In this document: positions 13,940-22,830 of the stretch, piece after piece
Position numbering within the stretch: position 1 is the stretch's first letter
Layout of the letters: each line of letters starts with the position of its first letter
From: Actinomycetota bacterium
Lineage (GTDB): Bacteria; Actinomycetota; Acidimicrobiia; Actinomarinales; Actinomarinaceae
Reading direction: 5' to 3'
Assembly (NCBI GenBank): GCA_014239265.1
Contig: JAAZZH010000001.1
Span: 16,382-80,381, forward strand
DNA length: 64,000 nt
Notes under the pieces: model-generated
Told to the model about the DNA's origin: nothing
Database searches by the model: none
Seen by the model: the letters and a program-made list of their open reading frames with translations, nothing else
Position numbers and translations under genes: made by a program

Positions 13940-14627
13940 AAACAATAAAGATGAATTTATAGAAATTGCAAGAATTAAAGAAGAGTTTATAGCAAACGCC
14001 TCTCATGAGTTAAAAACTCCAATTGCATCAGTAAGATTAGCTGCCGAATCTGCACTTACATCTCTTGAGCGTGATGACGGAATGACTAAAACTTTTTTAG
14101 AGCAAATTTTAAGAGATTCTGACAGAATGAATGAACTTATTTCAGATTTATTAGATTTATCAGCTATGGAGTCCTCAGATGTATTTATGGAAACATTTGA
14201 TTTGCATGATGTAGTAGCAAATGAAATTTCTTACTTATCTAAACAAAATAAAAAACGAATTGGTTATAAAAAGAAGAAAGTTGAAATAAATGCAAATTTT
14301 GATGATATTTCACTGGCCGTGAAAAATCTAATAAAAAACGCTTTAAAATACTCTCCGCCAGAAGAGAAAATTTTGATTCAAGTAGAAGAAAATGATAATT
14401 CAGTGAGATGTTCATTCCAAGACTTTGGTTCTGGAATTTCTAAATCAGATCAAGAAAAAATCTTTGAGAGATTTTATAGAGTTGATAAAGGAAGATCAAG
14501 AAAAGTAGGCGGAACAGGATTGGGTCTCGCAATCGTTAAACATGCACTCGATCGAAACAATGCTGTTGTTGAGATTGTTAGTGAATTGGACTGGGGTTCG
14601 ACTTTTACGATTGTTTTTCAAAAGTAA
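13932..14627 (+). CDS. Histidine kinase, SenX3/PhoR-like, HisKA+HATPase_c only
   Basis: H-box ASHELKTP, N-box NLIKNALKYS, G1 DFGSGI, F-box IFERFYRVD, G2 GGTGLGLAIV; no TM or PAS segment. Confidence 0.88.
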   Translation: MTENNKDEFIEIARIKEEFIANASHELKTPIASVRLAAESALTSLERDDGMTKTFLEQILRDSDRMNELISDLLDLSAMESSDVFMETFDLHDVVANEISYLSKQNKKRIGYKKKKVEINANFDDISLAVKNLIKNALKYSPPEEKILIQVEENDNSVRCSFQDFGSGISKSDQEKIFERFYRVDKGRSRKVGGTGLGLAIVKHALDRNNAVVEIVSELDWGSTFTIVFQK

Positions 14628-14651
14628 ACTTAAAGTAAACAACAGGCAAAT
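14621..14651. promoter_or_regulatory. Pho-box-like 11-bp phased direct repeats
   Basis: AAAGTAAAC at 14621 and 14632; GTAAAC/GTAAAC/GCAAAT cores at 14624, 14635, 14646; candidate -10 TATACT at 14679-14684. Confidence 0.6.
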
Positions 14652-14695
14652 TAGAAAATTATTTAATTAAAAATCTTATATACTTCAAAAGGAAT

Positions 14696-15832
14696 ATGAA
14701 TTTAAAATCTTTTAAAAATTTAAGCTTCGCAATATTTTTCTTATATTTCTTCCTTGTATCAATCAAACTTCTTGAAAAAGGAATTAAAACTTTAGGTGCA
14801 GAGTACACAGATGCACTTTTTGAGTCAGTATCCAATCCTTTTGCTGGCTTATTGGTTGGAATTTTATGTACAGTTTTAGTACAGTCATCCTCCGTTACTA
14901 CCGCAACTATTGTTGGCTTAGTAGGAAGTGGAGTCCTCAGCTTGGAATACGCAATACCCATGGTTATGGGAGCAAATATAGGAACAACAGTAACTAATAC
15001 CTTAGTTTCTTTTGGTCACGTAAGAAGAGAACAGGAATTTAAAAGAGCTTTTGCAGCCTCAACGATGCATGACTTCTTTAACTTATTAGTGGTGATAATA
15101 CTTTTTCCTCTTGACCTATATACCGGGTTTATAACAAGGATGGCTGAAAATGGAACAGATTTCGTTCTTGCCACAGGGTTCACGGCAACAAAACCAAATA
15201 GCCCAATCAAGGCAGGAATTAAGTGGGGTTCAAATAATATCCTAGACGGACTATCTTCTATTCCATTTATAAACAATCTCAGTGAGAATTCTTACAGAGC
15301 CTACGCGGTTCTTTTGATTATTATTGCAATAGCATTTATTTTCTTGAGCCTAAAAAATGTAGTATCGAATATGAAATCTCTTATGCTCAACCAAATTGAA
15401 TTCGGGCTAGATAAAGCCCTTGCAAAAGGTGGGGGACTTCTCGCAATATTGATCGGAATCTTAATTACCTTTTCAGTACAAAGCTCAAGTATCACAACTT
15501 CAATACTCGTGCCGATTGTTGGTTCAGGAATTCTATCTATTGAGAATGCATTTCCAATAACATTAGGGGCAAATATTGGTACAACAATCACAGCTGTTCT
15601 AGCTAGCTTTGCTGTAGATGATCCAGCAGGATTAACTATTGCACTACACCATGTATTTTTCAATTTAATTGGTGTGATTATTGTTTATCCAGTAAAAGCA
15701 GTAAGAAATATACCAGTTAATTTGGCAAAGAGACTCAGTGTCATAACTGCTAAAAGAAGATACATTGCAATATTGTATGTATTAGTAACATTCTTATTAC
15801 TTCCACTATTGGGCGTAGTACTATTTAATTAA
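14696..15832 (+). CDS. Na+/phosphate symporter (SLC34/NptA family)
   Basis: Two QSSS repeats (VQSSSVTT, VQSSSITT), each followed by GANIGTT; strongly hydrophobic. Confidence 0.9.
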   Translation: MNLKSFKNLSFAIFFLYFFLVSIKLLEKGIKTLGAEYTDALFESVSNPFAGLLVGILCTVLVQSSSVTTATIVGLVGSGVLSLEYAIPMVMGANIGTTVTNTLVSFGHVRREQEFKRAFAASTMHDFFNLLVVIILFPLDLYTGFITRMAENGTDFVLATGFTATKPNSPIKAGIKWGSNNILDGLSSIPFINNLSENSYRAYAVLLIIIAIAFIFLSLKNVVSNMKSLMLNQIEFGLDKALAKGGGLLAILIGILITFSVQSSSITTSILVPIVGSGILSIENAFPITLGANIGTTITAVLASFAVDDPAGLTIALHHVFFNLIGVIIVYPVKAVRNIPVNLAKRLSVITAKRRYIAILYVLVTFLLLPLLGVVLFN

Positions 15833-15840
15833 GGAGAAAA

Positions 15841-16473
15841 ATGAGTAAAGAATCACTAGACAATATAGATGCTAAATTAAGCGAGATGCTCATAAATAGT
15901 ATGCACATCTATGACATTTCAATGAATTGCCTGCTTGGCGACACTAATCTTGATAGTGTTAGGGATGATTTATATGCTACAGATAAGGCTATTAATGAAC
16001 TCCATCGTGAAGTTCGCAGAGAAATGATAGTTCATTCTGCAGTAAATTCAAGAAACTTAGATATCCCTTTACTGCTATCTTATATGACTATGTCAAAAGA
16101 TATTGAGAGAATTGGGGACTATTGTAAGAATCTTTTTGAAATTGCTGAAACAGGTAACACCTTTACTAAAGGTGAAGATTTAGATAGCTATATTGGGTTA
16201 AGAAATGATATAGGAAAATTAATTGTTTATTTGCAGTCATGTCTGAACCTTGAGGATGAAACAAAAGTGCATGATCTAATCACCCTTGGTTCTTCTATGT
16301 CTACAGATCTAGATAATAAAATCACAGCTCTTCTTGAAAACAAAGAAACAATAGAATACCCAGTTTCCACTACTTTATTTTATAGATACTTGAAGAGAAT
16401 TGTTTCACACATTGTTAATGCAAGTACAGCACTGATAATGCCTACAGATCAAATAGATTATTTAGACGAGTAA
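15841..16473 (+). CDS. Stand-alone PhoU-domain protein
   Basis: D..IN and KDIERIGDYCKN in repeat 1; degenerate YRYLKRIVSH in repeat 2; helical. Confidence 0.8.
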   Translation: MSKESLDNIDAKLSEMLINSMHIYDISMNCLLGDTNLDSVRDDLYATDKAINELHREVRREMIVHSAVNSRNLDIPLLLSYMTMSKDIERIGDYCKNLFEIAETGNTFTKGEDLDSYIGLRNDIGKLIVYLQSCLNLEDETKVHDLITLGSSMSTDLDNKITALLENKETIEYPVSTTLFYRYLKRIVSHIVNASTALIMPTDQIDYLDE

Positions 16474-16486
16474 AACTTAATTAGAG

Positions 16487-17503
16487 TTATTTAACATCCC
16501 AAGTTCCAAGGGATCTAACTAATTTATCTAACTCACCATCACCCTTTGAATCTTTTGCAAAATCTATTTGTTTCATAACGTCTTCATTATAAGTTTCTCT
16601 TTGAACTTTTCTGAAAACTCCCATCGGGGTCGGGCCATAGGGTCCATGAGATAATCTAGAGAGTGAGAATGCAACTGATGGGTTCTCTCTTGTAATATCG
16701 TGTACATAGATTTGTGAATCATCAATATCTGTTCGTTTTACAATTTTAGCTTCCCCATTTTCGATGGTTACTGCAAACTCGTCTTCAGCACCAAAAATAA
16801 CCTTCTCACCATGTACTAAATTTATTCTGTTTGCTACACGTCCTTCTTTAGAAGTTAGTTGCTCAAATGCTTTGTCATTAAAGACATTACAATTTTGGTA
16901 GATCTCGACAAAAGCAGAACCTTTGTGGGTTGATGCTTCTTGTAACACCTGTGTAGTTAAATCTCTGTCCATATCAACTGAACGAGCGACAAAGGATGCT
17001 TCAGCACCTAGGGCAACGCTCATTGGATTAAAAGGAAGTTCTACAGAACCAAATGGAGAAGATTTAGTTTTCTTACCCTCTTCGCTAGTAGGAGAGTATT
17101 GTCCCTTGGTAAGTCCATAAATCTGGTTATTGAACATAAGAATTTTTATATTTACATTTTTTCTTAGAGCATGTATTAAATGATTTCCACCTATTGAAAG
17201 TGAATCTCCATCTCCGGATACAACCCAAACGGATAAGTCAGGATTTGAAAGGGTCACTCCAGTTGCTACAGCAGGTGCACGCCCATGTATTGTATGTAAT
17301 CCGTATGTGTTCATGTAGTAAGGGAACCTTGCTGCACATCCAATACCTGATACAAAAACCATATTTTCTTTATTTATGCCCAGTTCAGCCATAAAACTTT
17401 GCACAGATGCCAAAATTGTGTAATCCCCACAACCGGGACACCATTTAACTTCTTGGTCACTTTGCATATCTGTTCTTTTGTAACTTACTGGAACTTTACT
17501 CAT
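16487..17503 (-). CDS. korB: 2-oxoacid:ferredoxin oxidoreductase subunit beta
   Basis: WCPGCGD, SGIGC, HGRA, GDGD...N TPP motif, YGLTKGQ, CNVFN. Confidence 0.9.
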   Translation of the reverse strand: MSKVPVSYKRTDMQSDQEVKWCPGCGDYTILASVQSFMAELGINKENMVFVSGIGCAARFPYYMNTYGLHTIHGRAPAVATGVTLSNPDLSVWVVSGDGDSLSIGGNHLIHALRKNVNIKILMFNNQIYGLTKGQYSPTSEEGKKTKSSPFGSVELPFNPMSVALGAEASFVARSVDMDRDLTTQVLQEASTHKGSAFVEIYQNCNVFNDKAFEQLTSKEGRVANRINLVHGEKVIFGAEDEFAVTIENGEAKIVKRTDIDDSQIYVHDITRENPSVAFSLSRLSHGPYGPTPMGVFRKVQRETYNEDVMKQIDFAKDSKGDGELDKLVRSLGTWDVK

Positions 17504-19361
17504 TTATCTTTTCCTCTATTTTTTCAACTAATTCTTGTGCAGTGAAAGGTTCTCCTGCAACTTTATTAATTCCTTTTGCGTCAATCAAAAATCGTTCTCT
17601 AATGAGTTTTATTAATTGTCCTGTATTTAATTCTGGAATTATAATTCTTTCGAAATTCGATAGGATTTCACCTAAGTTATCTGGAAATGGATTTATAAAT
17701 GTTAAATGAGCACTTGCTACTTTAACACCCTTTTCATTAAGCCTATTTACTGCTTGTGTTATTCCGCCATAGGTTGAACCCCATCCTAAGACAAGTGTGT
17801 CAGCTTTTTCATCTCCATTAAGTTCTAAAGGTTCAATATCATTAGCAATATTAGCAATTTTCCATGCTCTCATGTCTGTCATGTACTGATGATTAGCACT
17901 ATCATATGAAACATTTCCAGTACCTTCTTCTTTTTCTAGTCCACCAATTCGATGCTCTAAACCTGGAACTCCAGGTACAGCCCAAGGTCGTGCAAAAGTA
18001 GTCATATCTCTGTGGAAAGGCAAGAAGCCATCTTTTGAGTTATTTGTTGTTGTTAAGTTGTTAGTAAGAGAAGGTAAGTCAGAAATATCTGGTAGTTTCC
18101 ATGGCTCGGAACCAGTAGCAACATAGTTATCTGATAAAAGTATTACTGGTGTCATGTATTTCAGGGCTATTCTACTTGCCTCTATAGCAGTATAAAAAGC
18201 ATGAGAAGGTGAACGTGAAGCTAGTACTGGTAGGGGGGATTCGCCGTGTCTTCCATATAGGGCAAATAACAAATCGGATTGTTCAGGTTTTGTGGGAAGA
18301 CCAGTTGATGGACCTCCACGTTGTACATTTACAATAACCATAGGGAGCTCAGCAGAAAGTGCTAGTGAAATAGTTTCACTTTTAAGAGCTAATCCTGGCC
18401 CACTGGTACCTGTCACGGCAAGCTTTCCAGTAAATGATGCACCTACAGTTGCTGCAGCTGCTGCGATCTCGTCTTCTGCTTGGAAAGTTATTACATTGAA
18501 ATTTTTATGCTTTGATAATTCATGAAGTATGTCTGATGCTGGAGTGATGGGATAACTTCCATAAAATAATTCAAGATTAGATAGTTTTGCTCCAGCTATA
18601 AGGCCCCAACTTAATCCGATATTACCATTTATATTTGTGTATTCTCCAGTCGGAAGTGCTGCTTTCTCGACAACGTATGTATGATGAAATGCTTCCACAG
18701 TAATACCAAAGTTGTAACCGGTTTTCAAAGTCTTTATATTTGCATCCGCTACCTCTGGAAGTTTCTCAAATTTCTTACTAATCCAATTTATAGTGTCTTC
18801 TAATGGCCTGTTAAATACCCAAGAAATAAGTCCTAAAGCAATCATATTTTTTGACCTAAGAACGGCTCGCCCTTTTATTTCAGAATCTTTTAAAGCTTCT
18901 TTCGTCAGTTTTTCCATTGGGACTTCAAATACTCGATATCCATCAAGTTCACCTGATTCTCTTGGATCAACTTTATATCCTGCTTTTGTGATATTTTTTT
19001 CTTCAAAGGCATCTTGATTAATAATAAGCATTCCATTAGGTGCTAAGTCATGTAGATGTGCTTTCAAAGCAGCTGGATTCATAGCAACTAAGACTTCGGG
19101 ATTATCTCCCGGAGTTAGAATATCGAAATCAGCTATTTGAACCTGGAATGAAGACACCCCAGCAATTGTTCCTTGAGGCGCCCTAATTTCAGCAGGGAAA
19201 GCAGGAAGTGTAGCTAAATCATTTCCGAATAAAGCAGAAGTGTCTGTAAATCGTGTACCGACCAGTTGCATACCATCTCCGGAGTCACCAGCAAATCTGA
19301 TTGTGACAGCAGGAATAGATTCAACTGTCTTATTTTCAATTTTTAATTTTGGCTCGTCCAT
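17496..19361 (-). CDS. korA: 2-oxoacid:ferredoxin oxidoreductase subunit alpha (gamma-alpha fused)
   Basis: AGDSGDGMQ, YPITPAS, QAEDE, TSGPG, QRGGPSTGLPTK. Confidence 0.9.
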   Translation of the reverse strand: MDEPKLKIENKTVESIPAVTIRFAGDSGDGMQLVGTRFTDTSALFGNDLATLPAFPAEIRAPQGTIAGVSSFQVQIADFDILTPGDNPEVLVAMNPAALKAHLHDLAPNGMLIINQDAFEEKNITKAGYKVDPRESGELDGYRVFEVPMEKLTKEALKDSEIKGRAVLRSKNMIALGLISWVFNRPLEDTINWISKKFEKLPEVADANIKTLKTGYNFGITVEAFHHTYVVEKAALPTGEYTNINGNIGLSWGLIAGAKLSNLELFYGSYPITPASDILHELSKHKNFNVITFQAEDEIAAAAATVGASFTGKLAVTGTSGPGLALKSETISLALSAELPMVIVNVQRGGPSTGLPTKPEQSDLLFALYGRHGESPLPVLASRSPSHAFYTAIEASRIALKYMTPVILLSDNYVATGSEPWKLPDISDLPSLTNNLTTTNNSKDGFLPFHRDMTTFARPWAVPGVPGLEHRIGGLEKEEGTGNVSYDSANHQYMTDMRAWKIANIANDIEPLELNGDEKADTLVLGWGSTYGGITQAVNRLNEKGVKVASAHLTFINPFPDNLGEILSNFERIIIPELNTGQLIKLIRERFLIDAKGINKVAGEPFTAQELVEKIEEKINE

Positions 19362-19365
19362 GTTT

Positions 19366-19554
19366 CTAGTTTAATCTTTCGGGAGATAATGCGATTTCAT
19401 TTTGTTGAGTTCCTTCACAATTATTAGCATTTTCTCCTGAGCAGCATTCTGCTTGGTTGAGTCCAAACATTGCACATGAGTTGTTTACACAAGCAGCATG
19501 TCCATGGAGATACACCATTGTATTTTTACACCAACTACACATTAAGTCACTCAT
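19366..19554 (-). CDS. Cys/His-rich small protein (putative metal binding)
   Basis: 62 aa with 7 Cys and 2 His (CxxC, HGH, CC); start overlaps the stop of the S26 peptidase gene by 8 nt. Confidence 0.7.
   Translation of the reverse strand: MSDLMCSWCKNTMVYLHGHAACVNNSCAMFGLNQAECCSGENANNCEGTQQNEIALSPERLN
19368..19373 (-). promoter_or_regulatory. Putative -10 (TAAACT) of leaderless korA, inside the upstream ORF
   Basis: TAnnnT exactly 6 nt before the korA ATG on the minus strand. Confidence 0.5.
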
Positions 19555-20047
19555 ATGTTTTAAATCTGTAATATGGCCAGTAACGCATCTTGAGCTTCCA
19601 ACATTCTAGATATTTAATAGGTCCTATAGTTCTAGAGTCACTAGAAGACAAAGTACGTTGATCACCTAATACAAATATTTCATCATCCCTTAATTGAACT
19701 TTTACAAAGTCATCGACAAAACTTTTAGCCCAAGGATCATTTATTCTCTCGGAGTTTATCAATATAGAACCTTCTTGTGACTCTACTTCCTCACCTGGAA
19801 GGCCTATAACTCTTTTAACAACATCAATATTCTTTTCGTTGTTATTGAATATGACGATGTCACCTCTTACGGGTATATCTTTCAATTTTGAAGCAAGTAC
19901 AAATTCGTTTGGAAGAAGTGCAGGTTTCATACTTTCTTCTTTAATTTCATATGCTCTAATTGATTTATTATCATTGCGAAAAACAATATATAACACAAAT
20001 GCAAAAAGTGTCTTCAAGTTAACTATCTTTAATATGTTTTTAATCAT
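19547..20047 (-). CDS. S26-family peptidase (signal peptidase I-like; candidate SodX maturation protease)
   Basis: Ser in EESMKP, Lys in VVKRVIG, GD...SDSR; N-terminal anchor; divergent from sodN. Confidence 0.8.
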   Translation of the reverse strand: MIKNILKIVNLKTLFAFVLYIVFRNDNKSIRAYEIKEESMKPALLPNEFVLASKLKDIPVRGDIVIFNNNEKNIDVVKRVIGLPGEEVESQEGSILINSERINDPWAKSFVDDFVKVQLRDDEIFVLGDQRTLSSSDSRTIGPIKYLECWKLKMRYWPYYRFKTYE

Positions 20048-20093
20048 AAATTCTTATCTTACTAAAATTAATAGTAGTGAATTAAGGAGATTT

Positions 20094-20480
20094 ATGAAAT
20101 TATTTAAACCAACAAGAGTCGCATATGCGCATTGTGATTTACCTTGTGGAGTATACGATCCAGCGCAGGCACGTATTGAAGCGGAATCAGTATTGAATGC
20201 ATCAAAGAAGTATCAAGATTCTGACGATGCTAGTTTCAAACAAAGATGTGTCACCATAAAAGAAGAGAGAGCTGAAGAAGTCAAACACCATCTATGGGTA
20301 TTGTGGACAGACTACTTTAAGCCAGAGCATCTTGAAAGATTTCCAAATCTTCATGATTTATTCTGGAATGCGACTAAAAAAGCTGGAGAAGCTAAAAAAA
20401 CTGAAGATCCTAAAGTTGGCGAAGAACTGCTTGCTTTAATTGATGAGATAGATTCAATTTTTAAAGAATCAAAGTCCTAG
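20094..20480 (+). CDS. sodN: Nickel superoxide dismutase precursor
   Basis: Ni-hook HCDLPCGVYDP after a 12-aa leader; LWTDYFK; start reassigned to ATG 20094 behind AAGGAG. Confidence 0.96.
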   Translation: MKLFKPTRVAYAHCDLPCGVYDPAQARIEAESVLNASKKYQDSDDASFKQRCVTIKEERAEEVKHHLWVLWTDYFKPEHLERFPNLHDLFWNATKKAGEAKKTEDPKVGEELLALIDEIDSIFKESKS

Positions 20481-22093
20481 TCAAACTTTTTAAATAGGTG
20501 CCCGATTTTAATTAATTCGGCACCTATTTTTATGTCATTTAGACCCCAAAAATTTTCCGTATCCTTTTGTATTGCTGAAGTTACTTTTCTACTAGTTGTT
20601 GGCATAAATGGATATAGTAAATTTGCACATGCATCAATTGCCTGAAGAGCTGTATAGAGTATTCTACCTGCACGGTCTTGATCTTCCTTGATAACTTTCC
20701 AAGGCTCTGTTTCGTTCAGGTAAACATTAACCTTTGATACATATCTCATGGATTCCTGTAGGGCTGTTTTTAACTCAACGGCCTCTATATACTTTCCTAT
20801 TTCTACAAATGCTTTATGTGCCTCTTTTAGTAATTCTTCATCAACAGGTTCTAATGAAGAGGGAGTTGTTATAGCATCTTTGTTATTTTGAATCTGAGTA
20901 AATACTCTTTGGACTAAGTTACCCCATGTCGCAACCAATTCCTCATTATTCCTTCTAACCATTTCTTCTTCAGTTAATTCTGAATCTGATTGCTCAGGCA
21001 GAACTGATGCAAGAGTGTACCTGATTGCATCTGGCTCCCACTCTGAAAGGTAATCAGCCAAGCTCTTGCCAACACCTCTACTAGCTGATGCTTTTTGCCC
21101 CTTTACAAGAATATATTGGTTCGCAGGAACATTTGTAGGCATATTTAGTTGACCATACCCAGCTAATATTGCCGGCCAAATTACCGAGTGAAACGGTACA
21201 TTATCTTTACCAATAAAATAATATGATTCTGCTTCTTCTTTTTGCCACCATTCTTTCCAGGCATCTTCATCACCAGAATTCTTTGCCCACTCAATCGATG
21301 CAGATAGGTAACCTATTACGGCTTCAAACCAGACATAGATTTTCTTTTCATCACCCAAATCATCAACAGGAATATCAATACCCCATTCAAGATCTCTTGT
21401 AATTGCTCTATCTTTAAGTCCATCTTTCACAAATGATTTTGCCCAATTTATTACATGTGGTCTCCAGTTTTCCTTAGTTTCTAACCATGGAGAAAGTTTC
21501 TCTCCAAGCAAGCTTAACTTTAAGAAAAAGTGCTCAGTTTCTTTAAATTCTGCTGGATTGCCAGATAGTTTACTTACCGGATTTATTAATTCCTCAGGAT
21601 CAAGTGTTGAGCTACAGTTGTCACACTGATCGCCTCTAGCTTCTCCATATTCACACTTCGGACATTGTCCTTCAACATATCTATCAGGCAGAAATTTATT
21701 ATCTATTGGATCAAAGGCCTGTAAAGTTTTTTGTTTATCAATAAACCCATTGTCCAAGAGCTTGAGAAAAATATCGTGGACCACTTCTTTGTGATTATCT
21801 GTCATGGTTGTTGTGTAATTATCCCAAGAAATGGAGAGCTTTTCCCAATAATCTAGAAATTCACTGTGGTATTTATTCACTATATCTATCGGCTCTACGC
21901 CTTCTTCATCTGCACGTACAGTAATGGGAGTACCATGAGCGTCGCTTCCCGAAACCATTAATACATTGTTTCCAATCACTCTATGGTATCTTGCAAATAC
22001 ATCAGCTGGTAAATATGCACCACCAATATGACCGAGGTGTCTAGAACCGCTTGCATACGGCCAAGCTACTGCTACTAATATATTTTTTGACAT
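20477..22093 (-). CDS. metG: Methionine--tRNA ligase (short form, no C-terminal dimerisation domain)
   Basis: AWPYASG, HLGH, GSDAHGTPI, Zn knuckle CPKC/CDNC, GKDNVPFH. Confidence 0.95.
   Translation of the reverse strand: MSKNILVAVAWPYASGSRHLGHIGGAYLPADVFARYHRVIGNNVLMVSGSDAHGTPITVRADEEGVEPIDIVNKYHSEFLDYWEKLSISWDNYTTTMTDNHKEVVHDIFLKLLDNGFIDKQKTLQAFDPIDNKFLPDRYVEGQCPKCEYGEARGDQCDNCSSTLDPEELINPVSKLSGNPAEFKETEHFFLKLSLLGEKLSPWLETKENWRPHVINWAKSFVKDGLKDRAITRDLEWGIDIPVDDLGDEKKIYVWFEAVIGYLSASIEWAKNSGDEDAWKEWWQKEEAESYYFIGKDNVPFHSVIWPAILAGYGQLNMPTNVPANQYILVKGQKASASRGVGKSLADYLSEWEPDAIRYTLASVLPEQSDSELTEEEMVRRNNEELVATWGNLVQRVFTQIQNNKDAITTPSSLEPVDEELLKEAHKAFVEIGKYIEAVELKTALQESMRYVSKVNVYLNETEPWKVIKEDQDRAGRILYTALQAIDACANLLYPFMPTTSRKVTSAIQKDTENFWGLNDIKIGAELIKIGHLFKKFD
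20492..20531 (+). terminator. Intrinsic terminator for sodN, inside the metG coding sequence
   Basis: AAATAGGTGC(C)CGA-11 nt-TCGGCACCTATTT stem with one bulge, ending in a T run. Confidence 0.7.
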
Positions 22094-22158
22094 TCTATAC
22101 CTTAGAATAGCTACTTCTCATTTCTCGTTGTGTTTAATTTAAACCTATCATAGAAAAT

Positions 22159-22821
22159 ATGGATATCGTACTTGGTTCAATAGCATCTCTGATAGGAGTT
22201 GGTTTTTCTTTAGAATTACTTTTAAAATCATTTCGAAGTAAAAAACCATATATAATTTCCTGGACCGTAGCAGTCATCATGTACACAGTGGCAACAATAG
22301 CTTTAGTCTCTGGCCTTATAAATGGTTGGAATTATATTAATTTCGGTATTTTCTACTTTTTTGGGGGGATTACTAATGTTCCTGCATTTGGAATTGGCAG
22401 TGCATACTTAATTTTTGATGAAAATAAGGTAAATGTTATATCGGGGTTATATGTTTTATTTGTATTAGGTGCTGTGTTTTCTATTTTTACAAGCGGTATT
22501 CCTGATTTTTCAAATATTCAGGGTATTCCTGAGGGAAGCCAATTGTATGAAATTAGCGGTCCCAGAATGTGGGCAATATTAGGCAATTCATTTGGCAGTA
22601 TTTCTTTGGTTGGTATTGCTGCGTACAGCATATATAAATTTAGAAGAGTAGATGAAGACTTAGTTACAACAAATGTATTAATAGTCGTGGGGTCATTTTC
22701 ACCAGCACTGTCTGGGGTCCTCCTCGCTTTAGGTGATAGTGCATCTAAGACTCTTTCACTTTTAGTCGGAATGTTTTTAATTTATCTTGGCTATAGAGTA
22801 TCCCAAAGACCAAAAATATAG
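22159..22821 (+). CDS. Hypothetical membrane protein, about 7 TM helices
   Basis: Seven hydrophobic segments by eye; -10-like TATCAT 7 nt upstream of ATG. Confidence 0.75.
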   Translation: MDIVLGSIASLIGVGFSLELLLKSFRSKKPYIISWTVAVIMYTVATIALVSGLINGWNYINFGIFYFFGGITNVPAFGIGSAYLIFDENKVNVISGLYVLFVLGAVFSIFTSGIPDFSNIQGIPEGSQLYEISGPRMWAILGNSFGSISLVGIAAYSIYKFRRVDEDLVTTNVLIVVGSFSPALSGVLLALGDSASKTLSLLVGMFLIYLGYRVSQRPKI

Positions 22822-22830
22822 CTGATTTAC

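Noticed and set aside
19839-20093. Long N-terminal extension of SodN given by the ORF track
   Set aside because: It overlaps the opposite-strand peptidase gene; an SD-preceded ATG at 20094 gives a normal 12-aa leader before the Ni-hook.
22159-22821. 7-TM protein as a rhodopsin or heliorhodopsin
   Set aside because: No RYxDW/RWxEY-type helix C motif and no retinal-binding Lys motif in the last helix.
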